From NCBI GenBank assembly GCA_964016885.1, contig OZ024741.1, forward strand, positions 25,296,001 to 25,360,000: a DNA stretch of 64,000 bases. The letters run 5' to 3'. Origin of the DNA: Eledone cirrhosa. Lineage: Eukaryota. How positions within the stretch are numbered: position 1 is the first letter of the stretch; every line of letters begins with the position of its first letter. Below are positions 38,401 to 51,284 of the stretch, in pieces. The position numbers and the translations under genes are program-made. Under the pieces are notes generated by a model. That model had not been told where the DNA came from. It did no database searches and was given only the letters and a program-made list of their open reading frames with translations.

Positions 38401-41400
38401 TAGCTGTAGTATGGTACTGTATAGCTGTAGTATGGGTACTGTATAGCTGTAGTAGGGGTACTGTATAGCTGTAGTAGGGGTACTGTATAGCTGTAGTAGG
38501 GGTACTGTATAGCTGTAGTAGGGGTACTGTATAGCTATAGTAGTAGGGGTACTGTATAGCTGAGGTAGGGGTACTGTATAGCTGTAGTAGTAGGGGTACT
38601 GTATAGCGTAGTAGGGGTACTGTATAGCTGTATTAGTAGGGGTACTGTATAGCTGTATTAGTAGGGGTACTGTATAGCTGTAGTAGGGATACTGTATAGC
38701 TATAGTAGGGGGTACTGTATAGCTATATTAGTAGGGGTACTGTATAGCTGTAGTAGTAAGGGTACTGTATAGCTGTAGTAGGAGTACTGTATAGCTATAG
38801 TAGGGGTACTGTATAGCTGTAGTAGTAGGGGTACTGTATAGCGTAGTAGGGGTACTGTATAGCTGTAGCAGGGGTACTGTATAGCTATATTAGTGTGGGG
38901 TACTGTATAGCTGTAGTAGTGGTACTGTATAGCTGTAGTAGGGGTACTGTATAACTGCAGTATGGGTACTGTGTAGCTGTAGTATGGGTACTGTATAGCT
39001 GTAGTAGGGGTACTCTATAGCTGTAGCAGGGGCACTGTATAGCTGTAGTATGGGTACTGTATAGCTGTAGTTGGGGTATTTCATAGCTGTAGTAGGGGGT
39101 ACTGTATAGTTACATTAGTAGGGGTACTGTATAGCTGTAGTAAGGGTACTGTATAACTATAGTAGGGGTACTGTATAGCTGTAGTAGTAGAGGTACTGTA
39201 TAGCTGTAGTAGTAGGGGTACTGTATAGCTGTAGTAGTAGGGGTACTGTATAGCTGCAGTAGTAGGGGTACTGTATAGCTGTAGTTGGGGTACGGTATAG
39301 CTATAGTAGGGGTACTGTATAGCTATATTAGTAGGGGTACTGTATAGCTGTAGTAGGGGTACTGTATAGCTGTAGTATGGGTACTGTATAGCTGTAGTAG
39401 GGGTACTGTATAGATGTAGTAGGGGTATTGTATAGCTGTAGTAGCAGGGGTACTGTATAGCTGTAGTAGGGGTACTGTATAGCTATATTAGTAGGGCTAC
39501 TGTATAGCTGTAGTAGGGGGTACTGTATAGCTGTAGTATGGGTACTGTATAGCTGGAGTAGGGGTACTGTATAGATGTAGTAGGGGTACTGTATAGCTGT
39601 AGTAGTAGGGGTACCGTATAGCTGTAGTAGGCGTACTGTATAGCTATATTAGTAGGGGTACTGTATAGCTGTAGTTGGGGTATTGTATAGCTGTAGTAAG
39701 GGTACGGTATAGCTGTAGTATGGTACTGTATAGCTGTAGTATGGGTACTGTATAGCTGTAGTAGGGGTACTGTATAGCTGTAGTAGGGGTACTGTATAGC
39801 TGTAGTAGGGGTACTGTATAGCTATAGTAGTAGGGGTACTGTATAGCTGAGGTAGGGGTACGATATAGCTGTAGTAGTAGGGGCACTGTATAGCTGTAGT
39901 AGTAGGGGTACTGTATAGCGTAGTAGTGGTACTGTATAGCTGTATTAGTAGGGGGTACTGTATCGCTGTAGTAGGGATACTGTATAGCTATAGTAGGGGG
40001 TACTGTATAGCTATATTAGTAGGGGTACTGTATAGCTGTAGTAGTAAGGGTACTGTATAGCTTTAATAGGGGTACTGTATAGCTATAGTAGGGGTACTGT
40101 ATAGCTGTAGTAGTAGGGGTACTGTATAGCGTAGTAGGGGTACTGTATAACTGTAGTAGGGGTACTGTATAGCTGTAGCAGGGGTACTGTATAGCTATAT
40201 TAGTGTGGGGTACTGTATAGGTGTAGTAGTGGTACGGTATAGCTATATTAGTGTGGGGTACTGTATAGCTGTAGTAGGGGTACTGTATCGCTATAGTAGT
40301 AGGGGTACTGTATAGCTGAGGTAGGGGTACTATATAGCTGTAGTAATAGGGGTATTGTATAGCTGTAGTAGTAGGGGTACTGTATAGCTGTAGTAGTAGG
40401 AGTACTGTATAGCTGTAGTAGGGGTACGGTATAGCTGTAGTAGAAGGGGTACTGTATAGCTGTAGTAGGAGTACTGTATAGCTGTAGTATAAGGGGTACT
40501 GTATAGCTGTAGTAGGCGTACTGTACGGCTATATCAGTGTGGGGTACTGTATAGCTGTAGTATGGGTACTGTATAACTGTAGTATGGGTACTGTATAGCT
40601 GTAGTATGGGTACTGTATAGCTGTAGTAGGGGTACTGTATAGTTGTAGCATGGGTACTGTATAGCTGTAGTAGTAGGGGTACTGTATAGCTATAGTAGGG
40701 GTACTGTATAGCTGTAGTAGGGATACTGTATAGCTATAGTAGGGGGTACTGTATAGCTACATTAGTAGGGGTACTGTATAGCCGTAGTAGGGGGTACTGT
40801 ATAGCTACATTAGTAGGGGTACTGTATAGCTGTAGTAAGGGTACTGTATAACTATAGTAGGGGTACTGTATAGCTGTAGTAGTAGGGGTACTGTATAGCT
40901 GTAGTAGTAGGGGTACTGTATAGCTGTAGTAGTAGGGGTACTGTATAGCTGTAGTTGGGGTACTGTATAGCTGTAGTTGGGGTACTGTATAGCTATAGTA
41001 GGGGTACTGTATAGCTATATTAGTAGGGGTACTGTATAGCTGTAGTAGGGGTACTGTATAGCTGTAGCATGGGTACTGTAAAGCTGTAGTTGGGGTATTG
41101 TATAGCTGAGGTAGGGGTACTGTATAGCTGTAGTAGTAGGGGTACTGTATAGCTGAAGTAGGGGTACTGTATAGCTGTAGTAGTAGGGCTACTGTATAGC
41201 TGTAGTAGAGGTACTGTATAGCTGTAGTAGGGGTACTGTATAGCTGTAGTAGTAGGGCTACTGTATAGCTGTAGTAGAGGTACTGTATAGCTGTAGTAGT
41301 AGGGGTACTGTATAGCTGTAGTAGGGGTAGTGTATAGCTATATTAGTAGGGGTACTGTATAGCTGTAGTATGGGTACTGTATAGCTGGAGTAGGGGTACT

Positions 41401-44400
41401 GTATAGATGTAATAGGGGTACTGTATAGCTGTAGTAGTAGGGGTACCGTATAGCTGTAGTAGGCGTACTGTATAGCTATATTAGTAGGGGTACTGTATAG
41501 CTGTAGTTGGGGTATTGTATAGCTGTAGTAAGGGTACGGTATAGCTGTAGTATGGTACTGTATAGCTGTAGTATGGGTACTGTATAGCTGTAGTAGGGGT
41601 ACTGTATAGCTGTAGTAGGGGTACTGTATAGCTGCTGTAGTAGGGGTACTGTATAGGTGAGGTAGGGGTACTATATAGCTGTAGTAGTAGGGGCACTGTA
41701 TAGCTGTAGTAGTAGGGGTACTGTATAGCGTAGTAGGGGTACTGTATAGCTGTATTAGTAGGGGTACTGTATAGCTGTAGTAGGGATACTCTATAGCTAT
41801 AGTAAGGGGTACTGTATAGCTATATTAGTAGGGGTACTGTATAGCTGTAGTAGTAAGGGTACTGTATAGCTGTAGTAGGGGTACTGTATAGCTATAGTAG
41901 GGGTACTGTATAGCATAGTAGGGGTACTGTATAGCTGTAGTAGGGGTACTGTATAGCTGTAGCAGGGGTACTGTATAGCTATATTAGTGTGGGGTACTGT
42001 ATAGGTGTAGTAGTGGTACTGTATAGCTATATTAGTGTGGGGTACTGTATAGCTGTAGTAGGGGTACTGTATAGCTGTAGTAGGGGTACTGTATCGCTAT
42101 AGTAGTAGGGGTACTGTATAGCTGAGGTAGGGGTACTATATAGCTGTAGTAGGGGTACTGTATAGCTATATTAGTAGGGGCACTGTATAGCTGTAGTAGA
42201 AGGGGTACTGTATAGCTGTAGTAAGGGTACTGTATAGCTGTAGTAAGGGTACTGTATAGCTGTAGTATAAGGGGTACTGTATAGCTGTAGTAGGCGTACT
42301 GTATGGCTATATCAGTGTGGGGTACTGTATAGCTGTAGTAGGGGTACTGTATAACTGTAGTATGGGTACTGTATAGCTGTAGTATGGGTACTGTATAGTT
42401 GTAGCATGGGTACTGTATAGCTGTAGTAGTAGGGGTACTGTATAGCTATAGTAGGGGTACTGTATAGCTGTAGTAGGGATACTGTATAGCTATAGTAGGG
42501 GGTACTGTATAGCTACATTAGTAGGGGTACTGTATAGCCGTAGTAGGGGGTACTGTATAGCTACATTAGTAGGGGTACTGTATAGCTGTAGTAAGGGTAC
42601 TGTATAACTATAGTAGGGGTACTGTATAGCTGTAGTAGTAGGGGTACTGTATAGCTGTAGTAGTAGGGGTACTGTATAGCTGTAGTAGTAGGGGTACTGT
42701 ATAGCTGCAGTAGTAGGGATACTGTATAGCTGTAGTTGGGGTACTGTATAGCTGTAGTTGGGGTACTGTATAGCTATAGTAGGGGTACTGTATAGCTATA
42801 TTAGTAGGGGTACTGTATAGCTGTAGTAGGGGTACTGTATAGCTGTAGTATGGGTACTGTATAGCTGTAGTAGGGGTACTGTATAGATGTAGTAGGGGTA
42901 TTGTATAGCTGTAGTAGCAGGGGTACTGTATAGCTGTAGTAGGGGTACTGTATAGCTATATTAGTAGGGGTACTGTATAGCTGTAGTATGGGTACTGTAT
43001 AGCTGGAGAAGGGGTACTGTATAGATGTAGTAGGGGTACTGTATAGCTGTAGTAGTAGGGGTACCGTATAGCTGTAGTAGGCGTACTGTATAGCTATATT
43101 AGTAGGGGTACTGTATAGCTGTAGTTGGGGTATTGTATAGCTGTAGTAAGTGTACGGTATAGCTGTAGTATGGTACTGTATAGCTGTAGTATGGGTACTG
43201 TATAGCTGTAGTAGGGGTACTGTATAGCTGTAGTAGGGGTACTGTATAGCTGTAGTAGGGGTACTGTATAGCTATAGTAGTAGGGGTACTGTATAGCTGA
43301 GGTAGGGGTACTGTATAGCTGTAGTAGTAGGGGTACTGTATAGCGTAGTAGGGGTACTGTATAGCTGTATTAGTAGGGGTACTGTATAGCTGTAGTAGGG
43401 ATACTGTATAGCTATAGTAGGGGGTACTGTATAGCTATATTAGTAGGGGTACTGTATAGCTGTAGTAGTAAGGGTACTGTATAGCTGTAGTAGGGGTACT
43501 GTATAGCTATAGTAGGGGTACTGTATAGCTGTAGTAGTAGGGGTACTGTATAGCGTAGTAGGGGTACTGTATAGCTGTAGCAGGGGTACTGTATAGCTAT
43601 ATTAGTGTGGGGTACTGTATAGCTGTAGTAGTGGTACTGTATAGCTGTAGTAGGGGTACTGTATAACTGCAGTATGGGTACTGTGTAGCTGTAGTATGGG
43701 TACTGTATAGCTGTAGTAGGGGTACTCTATAGCTGTAGCAGGGGCACTGTATAGCTGTAGTATGGGTACTGTATAGCTGTAGTTGGGGTATTTCATAGCT
43801 GTAGTAGGGGGTACTGTATAGTTACATTAGTAGGGGTACTGTATAGCTGTAGTAAGGGTACTGTATAACTATAGTAGGGGTACTGTATAGCTGTAGTAGT
43901 AGAGGTACTGTATAGCTGTAGTAGTAGGGGTACTGTATAGCTGTAGTAGTAGGGGTACTGTATAGCTGCAGTAGTAGGGGTACTGTATAGCTGTAGTTGG
44001 GGTACGGTATAGCTATAGTAGGGGTACTGTATAGCTATATTAGTAGGGGTACTGTATAGCTGTAGTAGGGGTACTGTATACCTGTAGTATGGGTACTGTA
44101 TAGCTGTAGTAGGGGTACTGTATAGATGTAGTAAGGGTATTGTATAGCTGTAGTAGCAGGGGTACTGTATAGCTGTAGTAGGGGTACTGTATAGCTATAT
44201 TAGTAAGGCTACTGTATAGCTGTAGTAGGGGGTACTGTATAGCTGTAGTATGGGTACTGTATAGCTGGAGTAGGGGTACTGTATAGATGTAGTAGGGGTA
44301 CTGTATAGCTGTAGTAGTAGGGGTACCGTATAGCTGTAGTAGGCGTACTGTATAGCTATATTAGTAGGGGTACTGTATAGCTGTAGTTGGGGTATTGTAT

Positions 44401-47400
44401 AGCTGTAGTAAGGGTACGGTATAGCTGTAGTATGGTACTGTATAGCTGTAGTATGGGTACTGTATAGCTGTAGTAGGGGTACTGTATAGCTGTAGTAGGG
44501 GTACTGTATAGCTGTAGTAGGGGTACTGTATAGCTATAGTAGTAGGAGTACTGTATAGGTGAGGTAGGGGTACTGTATAGCTGTAGTAGGCGTACTGTAT
44601 GGCTATATCAGTGTGGGGTACTGTATAGCTGTAGTAGGGGTACTGTATAACTGTAGTATGGGTACTGTATAGCTGTAGTATGGGTACTGTATAGCTGTAG
44701 TAGGGGTACTGTATAGTTGTAGCATGGGTACTGTATAGCTGTAGTAGTAGGGGTACTGTATAGCTATAGTAGGGGTACTGTATAGCTGTAGTAGGGATAC
44801 TGTATAGCTATAGTAGGGGGTACTGTATAGCTACATTAGTAGGGGTACTGTATAGCCGTAGTAGGGGGTACTGTATAGCTACATTAGTAGGGGTACTGTA
44901 TAGCTGTAGTAAGGGTACTGTATAACTATAGTAGGGGTACTGTATAGCTGTAGTAGTAGGGGTACTGTATAGCTGTAGTAGTAGGGGTACTGTATAGCTG
45001 CAGTAGTAGGGATACTGTATAGCTGTAGTTGGGGTACTGTATAGCTGTAGTTGGGGTACTGTATAGCTATAGTAGGGGTACTGTATAGCTATATTAGTAG
45101 GGGTACTGTATAGCTGTAGTAGGGGTACTGTATAGCTGTAGTATGGGTACTGTATAGCTGGAGTAGGGGTACTGTATAGATGTAGTAGGGGTACTGTATA
45201 GCTGTAGCAGGGGTACTGTATAGCTATATTAGTAGGGGTACTGTATAGCTGTAGTAGGGGTATTGTATAGCTGTAGTAAGTGTACGGTATAGCTGTAGTA
45301 TGGTACTGTATAGCTGTAGTATGGGTACTGTATAGCTGTAGTAGGGGTACTGTATAGCTGTAGTAGGGGTACTGTATAGCTGTAGTAGGGGTACTGTATA
45401 GCTGTAGTAGGGGTACTGTATAGCTATAGTAGTAGGGGTACTGTATAGCTGAGGTAGGGGTACTGTATAGCTGTAGTAGTAGGGGTACTGTATAGCGTAG
45501 TAGGGGTACTGTATAGCTGTATTAGTAGGGGTACTGTATAGCTGTATTAGTAGGGGTACTGTATAGCTGTAGTAGGGATACTGTATAGCTATAGTAGGGG
45601 GTACTGTATAGCTATATTAGTAGGGGTACTGTATAGCTGTAGTAGTAAGGGTACTGTATAGCTGTAGTAGGAGTACTGTATAGCTATAGTAGGGGTACTG
45701 TATAGCTGTAGTAGTAGGGGTACTGTATAGCGTAGTAGGGGTACTGTATAGCTGTAGCAGGGGTACTGTATAGCTATATTAGTGTGGGGTACTGTATAGC
45801 TGTAGTAGTGGTACTGTATAGCTGTAGTAGGGGTACTGTATAACTGCAGTATGGGTACTGTGTAGCTGTAGTATGGGTACTGTATAGCTGTAGTAGGGGT
45901 ACTCTATAGCTGTAGCAGGGGCACTGTATAGCTGTAGTATGGGTACTGTATAGCTGTAGTTGGGGTATTTCATAGCTGTAGTAGGGGGTACTGTATAGTT
46001 ACATTAGTAGGGGTACTGTATAGCTGTAGTAAGGGTACTGTATAACTATAGTAGGGGTACTGTATAGCTGTAGTAGTAGAGGTACTGTATAGCTGTAGTA
46101 GTAGGGGTACTGTATAGCTGTAGTAGTAGGGGTACTGTATAGCTGCAGTAGTAGGGGTACTGTATAGCTGTAGTTGGGGTACGGTATAGCTATAGTAGGG
46201 GTACTGTATAGCTATATTAGTAGGGGTACTGTATAGCTGTAGTAGGGGTACTGTATAGCTGTAGTATGGGTACTGTATAGCTGTAGTAGGGGTACTGTAT
46301 AGATGTAGTAGGGGTATTGTATAGCTGTAGTAGCAGGGGTACTGTATAGCTGTAGTAGGGGTACTGTATAGCTATATTAGTAGGGCTACTGTATAGCTGT
46401 AGTAGGGGGTACTGTATAGCTGTAGTATGGGTACTGTATAGCTGGAGTAGGGGTACTGTATAGATGTAGTAGGGGTACTGTATAGCTGTAGTAGTAGGGG
46501 TACCGTATAGCTGTAGTAGGCGTACTGTATAGCTATATTAGTAGGGGTACTGTATAGCTGTAGTTGGGGTATTGTATAGCTGTAGTAAGGGTACGGTATA
46601 GCTGTAGTATGGTACTGTATAGCTGTAGTATGGGTACTGTATAGCTGTAGTAGGGGTACTGTATAGCTGTAGTAGGGGTACTGTATAGCTGTAGTAGGGG
46701 TACTGTATAGCTATAGTAGTAGGGGTACTGTATAGCTGAGGTAGGGGTACGATATAGCTGTAGTAGTAGGGGCACTGTATAGCTGTAGTAGTAGGGGTAC
46801 TGTATAGCGTAGTAGTGGTACTGTATAGCTGTATTAGTAGGGGGTACTGTATCGCTGTAGTAGGGATACTGTATAGCTATAGTAGGGGGTACTGTATAGC
46901 TATATTAGTAGGGGTACTGTATAGCTGTAGTAGTAAGGGTACTGTATAGCTTTAATAGGGGTACTGTATAGCTATAGTAGGGGTACTGTATAGCTGTAGT
47001 AGTAGGGGTACTGTATAGCGTAGTAGGGGTACTGTATAACTGTAGTAGGGGTACTGTATAGCTGTAGCAGGGGTACTGTATAGCTATATTAGTGTGGGGT
47101 ACTGTATAGGTGTAGTAGTGGTACGGTATAGCTATATTAGTGTGGGGTACTGTATAGCTGTAGTAGGGGTACTGTATCGCTATAGTAGTAGGGGTACTGT
47201 ATAGCTGAGGTAGGGGTACTATATAGCTGTAGTAATAGGGGTATTGTATAGCTGTAGTAGTAGGGGTACTGTATAGCTGTAGTAGTAGGAGTACTGTATA
47301 GCTGTAGTAGGGGTACGGTATAGCTGTAGTAGAAGGGGTACTGTATAGCTGTAGTAGGAGTACTGTATAGCTGTAGTATAAGGGGTACTGTATAGCTGTA

Positions 47401-49745
47401 GTAGGCGTACTGTACGGCTATATCAGTGTGGGGTACTGTATAGCTGTAGTATGGGTACTGTATAACTGTAGTATGGGTACTGTATAGCTGTAGTATGGGT
47501 ACTGTATAGCTGTAGTAGGGGTACTGTATAGTTGTAGCATGGGTACTGTATAGCTGTAGTAGTAGGGGTACTGTATAGCTATAGTAGGGGTACTGTATAG
47601 CTATAGTAGGGGTACTGTATAGCTGTAGTAGGGATACTGTATAGCTATAGTAGGGGGTACTGTATAGCTACATTAGTAGGGGTACTGTATAGCCGTAGTA
47701 GGGGGTACTGTATAGCTACATTAGTAGGGGTACTGTATAGCTGTAGTAAGGGTACTGTATAACTATAGTAGGGGTACTGTATAGCTGTAGTAGTAGGGGT
47801 ACTGTATAGCTGTAGTAGTAGGGGTACTGTATAGCTGTAGTAGTAGGGGTACTGTATAGCTGTAGTTGGGGTACTGTATAGCTGTAGTTGGGGTACTGTA
47901 TAGCTATAGTAGGGGTACTGTATAGCTATATTAGTAGGGGTACTGTATAGCTGTAGTAGGGGTACTGTATAGCTGTAGCATGGGTACTGTAAAGCTGTAG
48001 TTGGGGTATTGTATAGCTGAGGTAGGGGTACTGTATAGCTGTAGTAGTAGGGGTACTGTATAGCTGAAGTAGGGGTACTGTATAGCTGTAGTAGTAGGGC
48101 TACTGTATAGCTGTAGTAGAGGTACTGTATAGCTGTAGTAGGGGTACTGTATAGCTGTAGTAGTAGGGCTACTGTATAGCTGTAGTAGAGGTACTGTATA
48201 GCTGTAGTAGTAGGGGTACTGTATAGCTGTAGTAGGGGTAGTGTATAGCTATATTAGTAGGGGTACTGTATAGCTGTAGTAGGGGTACTGTATAGCTGTA
48301 TCAGGGGTACTGTATAGCTGTAGTAGTAGGGGTACTGTATAGCTGTAGTAGTAGGGGTACTGTATAGCTGTAGTAGGGGTACTGTATAGCTATATTAGTA
48401 GGGGTACTGTATAGCTGTAGTTGGGGTATTGTATAGCTGTAGTAAGGGTACGGTATAGCTGTAGTATGGGTACTCTATAGCTGTAGGTGGGGTATTGTAT
48501 AGCTGTAGTAGGGGCACTGTATAGCTGTAGTAGTAGGGATAGTGTATAGCTGTAGTATAAGGGGTACTGTATAGCTGTAGTAGGGGTACTGTATAGCTGG
48601 AGTAGGGGTACTGTATAGCTGTAGTAGTAGGGCTACTGTAAAGCTGTAGTAGGGGTACTGTATAGCTGTAGTAGTAGGGCTACTGTATAGCTGTAGTTGA
48701 GGTACTGTATAGCTGTAGTAGGGGTACTGTATAGCTGTAGTAGGGGTACTGTATAGCTATATTAGTGTGGGGTACTGTATAGCTGTAGTAGTAGGGGTAC
48801 TGTATAGCTGTAGTAGCAGGGGTACTGTATAGCTGTAGTAGGGGTAGTGTATAGCTATATTAGTAGGGGTACTGTATAGCTGTAGTAGGGGTACTGTTTA
48901 GCTGTAGTATGGGTACTGTATAGCTGTAGTAGGGGTACTGTATAGCTGTAGTAGGGGTACTGTATAGCTGGAGTAGGGGTACTGTATAGATGTAGTAGGG
49001 GTACTGTATAGCTGTAGTAGTAGGGGTACTGTATAGCTGTAGTAGGGGTACTGTATAGCTATATTAGTAGGGGTACTGTATAGCTGTTGTTGGGGTATTG
49101 TATAGCTGTAGTTGGGGTACTGTATAGCTGTAGTATGGGTACTGTATAGCTGTAGGTGGGGTATTGTATAGCTATAGTAGGGGTACTGTATAGCTGTAGT
49201 AGGGGTACTGTATAGCTGTAGTAGTGGTACTGTATAGCTATAGTAGTAGGGGTACTGTATAGTTGAGGTAGGGGTACTATATAGCTGTAGTAGTAGGGGT
49301 ACTGTATAGCTGTAGTAGTAGGGGTACTGTATAGCTGTAGTAGTAGGGGTACTGTATAGCTGTAGTAGGGGTACGGTAGAGCTATATTAGTAGGAGCACT
49401 GTATAGCTGTAGTAGTAGGGGTAGTGTATAGCTGTAGTATGGGTACTGTATAGCTGTAGTATAAGGGGTACTGTATAGCTATATTAGTGTGGGGTACTGT
49501 ATAGCTGTAGTAGGGGTACTGTATAGTTGTAGCATGGGTACTGTATAGCTGTAGTAGTAGGGGTACTGTATAGCTATAGTAGGGGTACTGTATAGCTGTA
49601 GTAGGGATACTGTATAGCTATAGTAGGGGGTACTGTATAGCTATATTAGTAGGGGTACTGTATAGCTGTAGTAGTAGGGGTACTGTATAGCTGTAGTAGT
49701 AGGTATACTGTATAGCTGTAGTAGTAGGGGTACTGTATATCTGAT
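26445..49745. repeat. Satellite 2: GGGGTACTGTATAGCTGTA(GTA)1-2, 22/25-bp units, about 23.3 kb, inside NDUFS1 intron C-D
   Basis: Continuous tandem array with recurrent point variants that define higher-order blocks. Confidence 0.99.
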
Positions 49746-49906
49746 AGGTTCTATTTTGAAGTGCTAGCAGAGAAACTTCATGGATGAGTAATTTCTAATG
49801 GGTAAAAGAAATAGATTTTGCTCAAGAAAATTGTGCAAATAGCAAAATCTGAAGAAGTATAACTCCCACATTGGCAAGAAGATACTATAGACAAACATAC
49901 ACTTAC

Positions 49907-49969
49907 CTTACAGAATGGATGGCAGCCATCAGCAAGTTCTTTTAAAATCTCTGTTGAATCTCCAAGGTG
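49907..49969 (-). CDS. NDUFS1: NDUFS1 coding exon C (63 nt)
   Basis: TTTTAG acceptor, HLGDSTEILKELADGCHPFCK, GTAAGT donor; phase 0/0. Homologous to [21 protein letters not shown] of vertebrate NDUFS1. Not in the ORF track. Confidence 0.93.
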
Positions 49970-50039
49970 CTAAAAATATTAAAAGAAAATAGTTTCAGAA
50001 ATATCTTTTAATTGAAAACAGAGAAATAATAATAATTGT

Positions 50040-50225
50040 TTCTAATTTAGGCACAAGGCCAGCAATTACCCAGTGTATTACTGGTACTTTATTTTATCGA
50101 CCCCGTAAGGATGAAAGGCAAAGTCAACCTCGGCGGGATTTGAACTCAGATCGTAAAGGGACGTAACTATGCTGGAAAGCATGGCGTCCGGCCCTCTACC
50201 GATACTGCCAATCCACCGAATAATG
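50040..50225 (-). mobile_element. tRNA-derived SINE (best-preserved copy)
   Basis: Reverse strand TGGCAGTATCGG (A box), GAGTTCAAATCC (B box), body GACTTTGCCTTTCATCCTTACGGGGTCGATAAAATAAAGTACCAG, flanked by AAT repeats. Confidence 0.8.
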
Positions 50226-50269
50226 GTTTTCTAACGAGGACAGAGGAGCACAAGACAAGTGCTAGTGAG

Positions 50270-51055
50270 TAGGAAAGAAGATAAGATTCTGATCCCTTCA
50301 GGGAAGTGGCCCTGTTCCATATGGAGAAAAGAGTAGGCATACTGTGTACACAATGTAAATCTTGGGTACACAAGAAATGTAGTGGGATAATGAGTATACT
50401 AAGGGTCAACCTGTCCTACTCATGCTAGCATGGAAGATGGATGTTAAACGATGATGACTAACAGGAAAGGAAGTCTTTGTATGTAGAAGATGGATAGGAG
50501 AAATTAAAGAAAAGAGTGTCAGTGATATAAACTTCTTTAAGTCACAGGAATGGTCCATAGAAGTGGATGATAGCTTCTGCTATCTAGTTGACTTAATAAG
50601 CAATGGAGGAGAGTGCTCTGAGAACATAACTAGAATAAGGATAGGATGGAAGGAGTTTAGAGAGCTGCTCTCACTGTTGACAACAAAAGGTTTCTCCCTG
50701 TAGACAAAAGGATGTCTGTATGATGCTTGTTTGCAAAGTGAGATGCTGCATGATAGTCAAATGTGATAGAAGACATGTGTAAACTGGAGAGAAATGAAGT
50801 AGCCATACTCCGTTAAATGGGCAATGTAAATGTGAGAGAATGGCAGAGCTTGGAGGAACTGAAGGAGAAGCTGAGTTTAAGAGGAATCCAAGGTTGGTAC
50901 AGACATGTGATGCTCATGGATGATGATTGATGGGTAAAGAGGTGCCAGGAAATGCCAGTGGAAGGAAGTTGCAGTAGAGGTAGATCAAGAAAGGCCTGTG
51001 CAGAGGAGAACTGATCTTAAATCGCTGAGAGTCACAATGGAGATGACAAAGAAAA
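50270..51055 (+). mobile_element. Degenerate RTE LINE fragment (zinc finger to C-terminus)
   Basis: PSGKWPCS..ILCTQCKSWVHKKCSGI, DSFCYL, RIGWKEFRELL, KLERNE; many stops and indels. Confidence 0.85.
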
Positions 51056-51284
51056 GCGGCAAGTGAAGAAATTTCGAGTGATGAAGATATCTTTATATGC
51101 AACATGGTGTCAGTGCAGTGTGAACATTATTCAGTGTTGGTGAAGTATTTCGTTAACTTACTGATGGCTGAGTAGTTAATAAGTGATAATTAAAGTCTAT
51201 TTAATTTGTATCACTTTCCAATGAAATTATCATCTGGTTCATGTTGTGTAGGAAGGAGGAATGTACTGCTGCTGATGTGGTGAT

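Noticed and set aside
37188-44086. CAG|GTA recursive-splice-like motifs at 37191 and 44080 in the 24.5-kb intron
   Set aside because: They are a single point variant copied by the 6.9-kb duplication, with no real polypyrimidine tract and a weak donor (GTATAC).
28324-46775. Tyr/Thr/Pro-rich short ORFs on the minus strand
   Set aside because: They are translations of Satellite 2, useful only as markers of higher-order periodicity.
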